NCBI GenBank assembly: GCA_027064005.1
Contig: JAMOQM010000027.1
Location: forward strand, 1-60,707
Reading direction: 5' to 3'
From: Candidatus Cloacimonadota bacterium
Lineage (GTDB): Bacteria > Cloacimonadota > Cloacimonadia > Cloacimonadales > JAMOQM01
DNA: 60,707 nucleotides
Shown here: positions 27,266 to 35,400 of the stretch, one piece after another
Position numbering within the stretch: the stretch's first letter is position 1
Layout: every line of letters begins with the position of its first letter
Program-made: the position numbers and the translations under genes
Notes under the pieces: generated by a model
Database searches by the model: none
What the model saw: the letters and a program-made list of their open reading frames with translations, nothing else
Told to the model about the DNA's origin: nothing

Positions 27266-28105
27266 TTATAAATCAGGTAATTTATTTTTTTTTATTGTTT
27301 TAGATAGAGATGTTTTTTTAGGAATATTTTTTGTTTGATTTTCGGAAACGCTATCTTTTGCCGTGTCTTTTTCCAAAGAAGATTTTTCTTTTTTGATGAT
27401 TGGAATTGGCTTTTTAATTTGAGCTTTTTTATCTGAAAACGGTTCTGTTTTTTCAATGATTTTTTGCGAATGAGAAATTGCTTTTGTTGGACAGACATTT
27501 TCACAAATACCGCATTCAATACATTTATCAACATCGATAACCGCTTTTCCGTTCACCATTTCAATAGCATTCACCGGACATTTTTGGACACAAATTTTAC
27601 ACGCAATACATTTTTTGGGATTCACGGAATATATTTTCTTTGAAATTTCTTTCACTTTTTTTAGGATGGATTTTTGCGTTTTGGGTTCGGATTTTTTCAT
27701 AACTTCTTTTTTGGAAGTTTGAGAAACTGACGTTTGTAAAACCTTAGTTTGTAAAACGGATTTTTGATTTTCGGAAACGCTATTTTTTGCCGTGTCTTTT
27801 TCTAAAGAGGATTTTTCTTTAATTGATTCTTTTGCCGAAGTTATATCTTTTTTGTCAAATAATGAAATTGCGTGCGTTGGACAAACTTTTACGCATTCAC
27901 CGCAATTATTACATTTATCAATATCAATAACCGCTTTTCCATTCACCATTTCGATTGCATTATTCGGACAAACAGTTACGCAAAGATTGCAACCGATACA
28001 TTTATTTGCAGAAACAGAATATGTTTTTGTTGAGGATAATGCCATTATTCCAATGGAAAACAGCACGAGAGTGAGAGAAAATATTTTAATAAATTTATTC
28101 ATCAA
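27266..28105 (-). CDS. Polyferredoxin with an N-terminal Sec-type signal or anchor. It holds two tandem modules, each with 2x[4Fe-4S] motifs plus a low-complexity linker.
   Basis: CIGCNLCVTVCP...CNNCGECVKVCP and CIACKICVQKCP...CIECGICENVCP. The linkers repeat (KSSLEKDTAK.SVSENQ). At DNA level, 27335-27392 is about equal to 27764-27821. There is no twin-arginine motif in MMNKFIKIFSLTLVLFSIGIMALS. Confidence 0.8.
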   Translation of the reverse strand: MMNKFIKIFSLTLVLFSIGIMALSSTKTYSVSANKCIGCNLCVTVCPNNAIEMVNGKAVIDIDKCNNCGECVKVCPTHAISLFDKKDITSAKESIKEKSSLEKDTAKNSVSENQKSVLQTKVLQTSVSQTSKKEVMKKSEPKTQKSILKKVKEISKKIYSVNPKKCIACKICVQKCPVNAIEMVNGKAVIDVDKCIECGICENVCPTKAISHSQKIIEKTEPFSDKKAQIKKPIPIIKKEKSSLEKDTAKDSVSENQTKNIPKKTSLSKTIKKNKLPDL

Positions 28106-28830
28106 CTATTCCTTTTATTTTTCTTTTGGATTGGGCAACTATCTAAACATTCGCCACATCTGATACATTCTACAATATCAAAAGGATTTTTAGAATCAAC
28201 TTCGATATCTAATGAACAATGTGATTTGCAAATTCCACAATGAACGCATTTTGACGGAGAAAGAGATTTGGGGAATTTTCCCTGACTTATTTTTAACATC
28301 AACCATTGGGTAATATTCATCAAAGCTGCATACGGACAGAAAGTTGTGCAGAAAAATCTTTTCCAAAAAATACTGATGAGTGTGATAATTGAAAGAATGG
28401 TAAATCCAAGGTTGTAATATGGAATTTTTCCTGCTAAAAATTCAACCGGACAGACATTTTGGTAAATAATTTTTCCACTAAAATATGACCCGATAATAAT
28501 TGAGAATAAAATAATATATTTAAGAAAGAAAAGAAATTTAGGATGCTTCATTTTTGCTTTGAAGCCTATAAAATCTTGGATTGTACCGATTGGACAAACA
28601 TAAGAACAAAAATATCTTCCGAAGAAAGCTGTTATAATTAGGATTAATATCGACAAAATAAATCCAATTGATAAAAAGAAATATGATGAATGTAAGTTGC
28701 TGAATAATACGCAATTAACATTGTTGGGGCAAATAAGATGAGTTTTTGAATTTCCTAAAAAAATGAAAATCAGAATAGTCGCACTTAAAAACAATAATTG
28801 TGAATATAGTCTTAATTTATTTTTTTTCAA
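28102..28830 (-). CDS. NapH/MauN-like integral-membrane 4Fe-4S binding protein
   Basis: TM segments with CPIGTIQDF and FCPYAAL motifs. C-terminal CVHCGICKSHC and CIRCGECLDSCP. Confidence 0.7.
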   Translation of the reverse strand: MKKNKLRLYSQLLFLSATILIFIFLGNSKTHLICPNNVNCVLFSNLHSSYFFLSIGFILSILILIITAFFGRYFCSYVCPIGTIQDFIGFKAKMKHPKFLFFLKYIILFSIIIGSYFSGKIIYQNVCPVEFLAGKIPYYNLGFTILSIITLISIFWKRFFCTTFCPYAALMNITQWLMLKISQGKFPKSLSPSKCVHCGICKSHCSLDIEVDSKNPFDIVECIRCGECLDSCPIQKKNKRNS

Positions 28831-28923
28831 TTTTTTAATTCCTCTTTTTGAGATAATTTTTTTAAGAGGTTGAAAATCGTCAAGAGTAAAAAAATCTAAA
28901 AGGTTAACTTTAGGATAATTTAT

Positions 28924-28950
28924 TTAGCAGAACTATGCCGAGATTGCTAA
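28924..28950 (+). promoter_or_regulatory. CIRCE-like inverted repeat upstream of lon (TTAGCA-N15-TGCTAA)
   Basis: The outer hexamers and the 27-nt span match the HrcA operator consensus TTAGCACTC-N9-GAGTGCTAA. The inner three positions of each arm do not match. Confidence 0.3.
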
Positions 28951-29093
28951 AATTAAAATGTTTTATATTTCCTTGATACACGTGGTGTTATAAATTTAGT
29001 TCTATTTTAAATCAGTTAATAGGCTAATTTCAAATTGACAGTATAACCGAGATTTATAAGTTGACCACTACAGATTTCATAATTGGAGATAAA

Positions 29094-31481
29094 ATGAGAA
29101 AAAAACTAGATGATGCTGATTTAGATAAAATTATAGAAGGTATTGATAGATACGAAAGTTTTAAATTCCCGGTAGTTCCTTTGAGGAATGAATTGATTTT
29201 TCCGGATATTTCTTCACCAATTTTAGTGGGAAGGGAATTTTCAATAAATGCTATTAAAGAGTTAGACAGAAATATTGAATGTGATGGTGAAATAGTTGTC
29301 GTAAGCCAAAAAAATAATATTTTAAGTGATGATGATCCAATTTCAAAAGATCTTTACCGAGTTGGAACTTTGTGTTCGGTTTTACAGAAATTAAAATTAC
29401 CGGATGGAAATTATAAGGTTTTACTTCAAGGTAAAGAAAGAATTAAAATTAGACATTTTTTCAGACTCGACCAAATACTGAAAGCCCACATTGATTTGTA
29501 TCCTAAGTCAAAATCAAAAAATACTGAAGAAGTTGAAGCAACTTTTAGAAGTTTAGTTAAATTATTCAGTATTTATGTTAAATCAAATTCAAATATTCCC
29601 GACGAAATTCTTATTCCTATTAATGTGTTATCAAAAAATAGAGAAAGTATTATCTATTACATTCTTACAAACTTAGCAATTGATATTCATAAAAAGCAAA
29701 AAATTTACCAAGAAAATGACATTTACAAAACTGCTGTAATGTTAGTAAAAGAACTTTCGGCAGAAAATCAAATTCTCAAATTAGAGAAAAAAATTGAGAG
29801 CCAAGTTAAACAACAATTAAGTAAAAGTCAAAAAGAATATTTTTTGCATGAACAACTCAAAGTAATTCATAAAGAATTGGGTTATGCTGAAGAAGAAAAA
29901 ACTGAGTTTGTCGATTTGAAAAAACAAATTGAGAAAACAAATCTTTCCGAAGAAGCGAGGAAAAAAGCTGAAGATGAGATTAAAAAACTCTCCCGAATGA
30001 ATCATAATTTTCAAGAATATAATGTTCTTTATACCTATTTAACAACAATGCTGAAATTGCCTTGGAATGAACCTGAAAAATTTGATATTGAAATAAAAAA
30101 AGCGAAAAAAGTTTTGGATTCCGATCATTATGGTTTGGAGAAAATTAAAGACAGGGTTTTAGAATTTCTCTCTATTATTAAATTAACCTCTAAAGTTAAA
30201 GGACAGATTTTATGCTTTGTCGGACCTCCGGGAGTTGGTAAAACATCTTTGGGAAAATCTATTGCCGCCGCAACCGGACGAGAATTTGTTCGATTGTCTT
30301 TGGGTGGGGTCAGAGATGAAGCTGAAATTCGCGGACATCGTCGAACTTATGTTGGTGCTCTTCCGGGAATTATTATTAACGGTTTAATAAAAGCCGGTAC
30401 GAAAAATCCCTTAATTATGATGGATGAAGTTGATAAAATGAGTGTTGATTTTCGAGGAGATCCTTCCGCTGCCTTGCTGGAAGTACTTGATCCTGAACAA
30501 AACAACGACTTTAGAGATCATTATTTGGATTTTGGGTATGATTTGTCTGACGTGCTTTTTATAACTACTGCAAATAATTTATCCGAAATTCCCCAACCAC
30601 TTTATGATAGAATGGAAGTTATTGAATTACCGGGATATACGGAATTTGAGAAATTAAAGATAGCTGAGAAACACCTTATCCCAAAAATCTTGGAAAAATA
30701 TGAAGTAAAAAATATTTTGGATATAAAATTTGAATCGGATGCTGTTGAAAAAATAATTCAATCATATACTCGAGAAGCCGGAGTTAGATCTTTAGAAAGG
30801 AAAATCTCTTCAATTGTTAGGAAAATTGTTAAGAAATTTTTTGAAGAGGAAATTGAAAAAAATATCGTTGTCGATAAAAAAATGGTCTCTGAATTATTAG
30901 GGATTGAAAAACATCTTTATTCTGAAGTTAATAATGAAGATAAAATTGGCGTTGTAACAGGTTTGGCTTGGACAGCATCCGGTGGCGATACTCTACAAAT
31001 TCAAGTAGTAAAAATGCAGGGAAGTGGAAAATTAAAACTTACCGGAAATCTGGGGGATGTTATGCAGGAATCTGCCGAAGCTGCCTTTAGTTATGCCAGA
31101 ACAAATGCTGAAAAATTGGGTATCGATCCTAATTTCTATAAAGAATATGACCTACATCTACACGTTCCGGAAGGTGGTGTTCCAAAAGATGGTCCTTCAG
31201 CCGGGGTAACAATTACTTCTGCAATAGTTTCTTGTTTGTCTGATAGAAAAGTAGATGCCCGAATCGCAATGACCGGAGAAATTACTCTTTGTGGAGACGT
31301 ACTTCCAATTGGCGGATTGCCTGAAAAATTAATTGCTGCCAAACGAGCCGGTAAAACTACTGTTATTTTTCCCAGTTTAAATCTTCCAAATGTTTCGGAA
31401 ATAAAAGATGAAATTAAAAAGGGAATTAAATTGATTCCGGTAAAACATATTTCAGAAGTATTAGAACTTATTTTAAAATGA
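29094..31481 (+). CDS. lon: ATP-dependent Lon protease
   Basis: LON N-domain, Walker A FVGPPGVGKTSLGKSIA, Walker B LIMMDEVDK, and the protease Ser motif PKDGPSAGVTI. ATG 29094 after GGAG is preferred over the listed TTG at 29061. Confidence 0.95.
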   Translation: MRKKLDDADLDKIIEGIDRYESFKFPVVPLRNELIFPDISSPILVGREFSINAIKELDRNIECDGEIVVVSQKNNILSDDDPISKDLYRVGTLCSVLQKLKLPDGNYKVLLQGKERIKIRHFFRLDQILKAHIDLYPKSKSKNTEEVEATFRSLVKLFSIYVKSNSNIPDEILIPINVLSKNRESIIYYILTNLAIDIHKKQKIYQENDIYKTAVMLVKELSAENQILKLEKKIESQVKQQLSKSQKEYFLHEQLKVIHKELGYAEEEKTEFVDLKKQIEKTNLSEEARKKAEDEIKKLSRMNHNFQEYNVLYTYLTTMLKLPWNEPEKFDIEIKKAKKVLDSDHYGLEKIKDRVLEFLSIIKLTSKVKGQILCFVGPPGVGKTSLGKSIAAATGREFVRLSLGGVRDEAEIRGHRRTYVGALPGIIINGLIKAGTKNPLIMMDEVDKMSVDFRGDPSAALLEVLDPEQNNDFRDHYLDFGYDLSDVLFITTANNLSEIPQPLYDRMEVIELPGYTEFEKLKIAEKHLIPKILEKYEVKNILDIKFESDAVEKIIQSYTREAGVRSLERKISSIVRKIVKKFFEEEIEKNIVVDKKMVSELLGIEKHLYSEVNNEDKIGVVTGLAWTASGGDTLQIQVVKMQGSGKLKLTGNLGDVMQESAEAAFSYARTNAEKLGIDPNFYKEYDLHLHVPEGGVPKDGPSAGVTITSAIVSCLSDRKVDARIAMTGEITLCGDVLPIGGLPEKLIAAKRAGKTTVIFPSLNLPNVSEIKDEIKKGIKLIPVKHISEVLELILK

Positions 31482-31714
31482 AATTTGAGATAGCAAAAAA
31501 ATATATTAATGATGACGGTACTAAATCTTTTATTATTAAATTAGCAAAAAGCGATTTGGTGTTTTTCGGATATATTTTGGAAAGTTTTGAAGGTTGGGGA
31601 AATTATACAACGATAAGTAATTTTAAGGAAATTGTCTTAAGGGTTGATGTGTCTCCATCCTATATTTCTCAGTATGAAGAGCTGTTTTTGTTCTTAAAAA
31701 ATTACGAAATTTAA
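31478..31714 (+). CDS. Small conserved hypothetical protein (DUF4911-like), translationally coupled to lon
   Basis: ATGA overlap with the lon stop. The FFGYILESFEGWGNYTT motif resembles DUF4911. This is a family assignment from memory only. Confidence 0.45.
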   Translation: MKFEIAKKYINDDGTKSFIIKLAKSDLVFFGYILESFEGWGNYTTISNFKEIVLRVDVSPSYISQYEELFLFLKNYEI

Positions 31715-31742
31715 CAATTGGAAAAAATAAAAAATTAAAAAA

Positions 31743-31767
31743 AAACTACCTTCAAGGTAGTTTTTTT
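31743..31767 (+). terminator. Rho-independent terminator
   Basis: AAACTACC-TTCAA-GGTAGTTT plus a T-run. Confidence 0.7.
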
Positions 31768-32232
31768 ATAGAAAGTTGAAATATTTTTTTTATTGTAAAA
31801 TAAGAAATAATGCTCGGATTGTTTGTTTGTAAATAATAAATTAACAATCTTTCGTAATTCTATATAAACCAATAAAATAATAACCGGAAATCAATTAACT
31901 AAAGACTGTTATCCGAGTGGTATTATCTATTTTGTTGCTATCAAAAATATCAAAATTTAAAAAAGTGTACTCTTTGTGGCCAATATGTAAATTTCTGGAA
32001 AATTTAGGGAAAATAATGGAAAAACCTGTTGTTTATTTGTATTTTATTTGATAAATAATCTTGAAAATCTTCCATAGACAGATAGGTAACCTTCTATTAT
32101 TTATAATTATATGGAAGTTGTCAGTCAAGTGAGTACAATCTATTTGTGTTAATAAATATTAGGATTTTTTTTGGTTCATCTTATTTGAAAACGTGAGATA
32201 AACAGCCTAAAATAGGTCGAGTGATAAAAAAG

Positions 32233-32260
32233 TTGACAGTCAATTTGTGATTATTAAAAA
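32233..32260 (+). promoter_or_regulatory. Candidate promoter of giant gene 1 (TTGACA-N16-TAAAAA)
   Basis: The same TTGACA ... TATTAAAAA arrangement and spacing recur upstream of giant gene 2, in otherwise diverged intergenic DNA. Confidence 0.35.
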
Positions 32261-32391
32261 TGTCATATAATAAAAAAACATTATAAGGATTTTTTATGAA
32301 AGAAAATTTTCGTTGTTTAATGTCGCTATTAATTTTGTCGGAATTCAATGTCAAAATTAACTATTTATTGTTTAACAAATTAACACAAAAC

Positions 32392-32409
32392 ATTTCCTGA
32401 GGAGGAAAT
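32392..32409 (+). promoter_or_regulatory. SD-embedding hairpin AUUUCCU-GAGG-AGGAAAU ending 2 nt before the start codon
   Basis: 7-bp stem. GGAGG is split between the loop and the 3' arm. The paralogous site at 38305-38322 keeps the pairing through a compensatory C-G to U-A change. Confidence 0.5.
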
Positions 32410-32410
32410 T

Positions 32411-35400
32411 ATGAGTCGAACTAAACTCGGCGTGGTAGTATTTTTATTAATGTTCTCATTTGCTTTATGGGGACAGACAGTTGCTTGGACAGAAACATTT
32501 GATACAGATCCGGGTACTTGGACTTTAGATTCAAACTGGTCAATTGGTGGTGGTGAACTTAAACTTAATTGGAACCCATCAGTAGAAAATTATGATTTAT
32601 CTGCAATTTCACCGGAAATAACATTACCGGAAAATGTAGGTGATGTGATTATTTCTCAATATATTGATGACTATTCTGATGATACTGGTGAAATGATGGA
32701 AATATCCGTTATTGCCGGTGGGGAAGATAACGTTGTTTGGTCATACAATCTTGATGAAAATGATGATTGGGGTGTTACCGGAGGAGAAGATCTTCCTTTA
32801 TCATTAACAGATTATGCCGGTCAAACAATTCAATTAAAATTTAGAAGTACCGGTGGTACAACCTATAATTTTAATTTTTGGCACATTTATCAAGTAGATA
32901 TTATGGCTAATTTGGCTAATGATATGGCTGCTTTAACTGTAACCGGAAATGTAACTCCAACTGTAGGACAAGAAACAAATTATACCGTTACTGTAAAAAA
33001 CACATCTTCAAATCCACAATCTGACTATATAGTTAAATTAATGGGTGAAGGTGATGTTGAACTTAATAGTGTTGCCGGTCCTGCTTTGGACGCTAATGCT
33101 GAAGGACAAGTTGTTCTTGCTTGGACACCTGAAACAGCCGGAAATACTTTTATTTACGGTAAGGTAATTTTGGAAGGTGATGAATTTGCCGGGAACGATG
33201 TAACTCCTAATTTGAATATTGGTGTTCAAAACTCAGGTACAACAGGTATTACTATTGGTAATGGTCAAGATTTACAAAATCATTATCCAATTAACTTTTT
33301 CTGGAAAAGCAGTTTAAGTGAAACAATGTATTATCCTGAAGAAATTCAAGCTGGTGGTTTGCTTGAAGGTATCCAATATTATTATAATTTTGCTGAAGAT
33401 TTACCGGCAAAACAAGCTAACGTTTGGGTTGGCGAAACAACTGCCCAAGATTTTTCTGCAGGATGGATTCCTTCTACAGAATTAACTCAAGTTTTTTCAG
33501 GAACTTTAGATTATGTTACCGGAGACGGTAGTGTACATATTGTTTTTGATACACCTATTCCTTATACAGGTGGTAATTTAGTAGTATTATTAGAAAGACC
33601 TTTAGATGGTGATTATTATTCTTCATCTGATAAATTCTATACAACTACTTCTGAAGATCACCCTAACAGATCTATTTGCTATTATAGTGATTCCACTCCC
33701 GGTGATCCAACAGCTCCACCTGAAGGAACTGTAGAAAGTGTATTCCCTAATTGTACTTTATTTATGAATGTTCAAGGAATGGGAACACTCAACGGAGATG
33801 TTGTTGATGCCGATTCAAATCCATTAGCAAACGTTACAATTCACGGTGAAGATACTAACTTAACAACTATGACCGATGCAAATGGTCATTACAACTTTGC
33901 TTATTTCCCACAAGGAGATTATAATATTACTGCAAGTCTTCACGGATATGTAGATAACACACAAGCTGTTACTGTTGTTGAAGATGAAACTTCTACTTTA
34001 GATTTTTCATTAGTTCAACTTCCTACAGTTAATGTAACAGGAACTGTAACAAAAAGTGATACAGAAGAACTTGCTGAAGGTGCTGATATAAGTTTAGTCG
34101 GTTATGATGAAGAATATACTGCAACTACAGATGCTAGCGGTGCATTCGCAATCCCTGGCGTTTATTCAGGTCATGATTATGTGATTACTGTTCATGTTGA
34201 CGGATATCAAACTTATACATCAACCGTTAATGTTGGTGATGCAGATGTTGATTTACCTATCGTTGTTGACGAAGTAACTCATCCTGCAAGAGATGTTGTG
34301 GCTACTGTTAATGATAACAATGCTGATATTACTTGGAGATCTCCAGCTGACGGTACTGAAGTTGTTGAATTCCGTTGGGATGATGGTGTTGCAACAAGTC
34401 AATTAGGTTTTGGTTCTAATCCTTCATCAGTATTGGGTTCTTCACATATGAACAATGCTGTTATCAATGAAGTAAGTTGGTATTTAACAAGTGAAGCTGC
34501 TCATACTGAAGCTGTAATCTACTTATTTGGTTTAGATGAAACCGGAATGCCTGATGTAAATCAATTATTATTTGAATCGGATCCGGTTCCTAATGTTGAT
34601 GATCAATGGAATACTTACACTCTTCCTGCTCCAATAAATGCTCCAAACGGATTCTTTGTTGGTATCTGTACACCTAACATATTTACCGCTATTGCTACTG
34701 ATGATGGTGTTGATGAACCATACGTATTCCAAGAAGGTACACAATGGGGTATTGCAGATTGGACAGACGGTTCTAACGATTGGTTAGATGTTGGTCCTGC
34801 AGGATTCCCATATAACTTTTTAGTAAGAGCTCAGGGTATCGATAATGGTCCTTTAGCTAGAAATAATAATATTGCAATGAACCACAAAGTTAACAATTCC
34901 GGTTTAACCGGTTCATCTTTAAATAGAAGAGTTGTAACAGGAACTCCAGCTTGGAATTCTGACAGAACATTTGAAAGCTATTCGGTTTATCGCCTTTTAT
35001 TAGGTAATGAAGCAGATGAAAATACTTGGACTGAAATTGCTTCTGCTATTCCTGATACAAATTACACTGATACAGATTGGGCATCTCTTGAGACCGGTTT
35101 ATATGAATATGCTGTTAAAGCTAATTTCTCTAACAATGTTCAATCAGACCCTGCTTTCTCAAATTGGTTACCTAAAGATATGACTTCGGCATTTGATGTA
35201 AATGTAACAACAAATGTTGGTGATGATCCTGAAGGTGCCGATGTACATCTTGTTTGTACTACTGCTGATCCTGACGGAAATATTCCAGAATATGATGCTG
35301 TTGTAACAAATGGTACGGCTCATTTTGATGATGTTTGGAACGGCATTTATGATATAACTGTTTCTTTAGCCGGTTTTGATAATGCTGTTGTTGAAGGTGT

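Noticed and set aside
32233-32243. Palindrome TTGACAGTCAA upstream of giant gene 1 as an operator
   Set aside because: The palindromic half is not conserved at the equivalent position of gene 2 (TTGACAATCAT). Only the TTGACA hexamer is shared, so it is treated as a -35 box.
32296-32400. 34-codon upstream ORF ending inside the SD hairpin of giant gene 1 (leader-peptide attenuation)
   Set aside because: There is no equivalent ORF or ATG in the paralogous leader of gene 2, whereas the hairpin itself is conserved.
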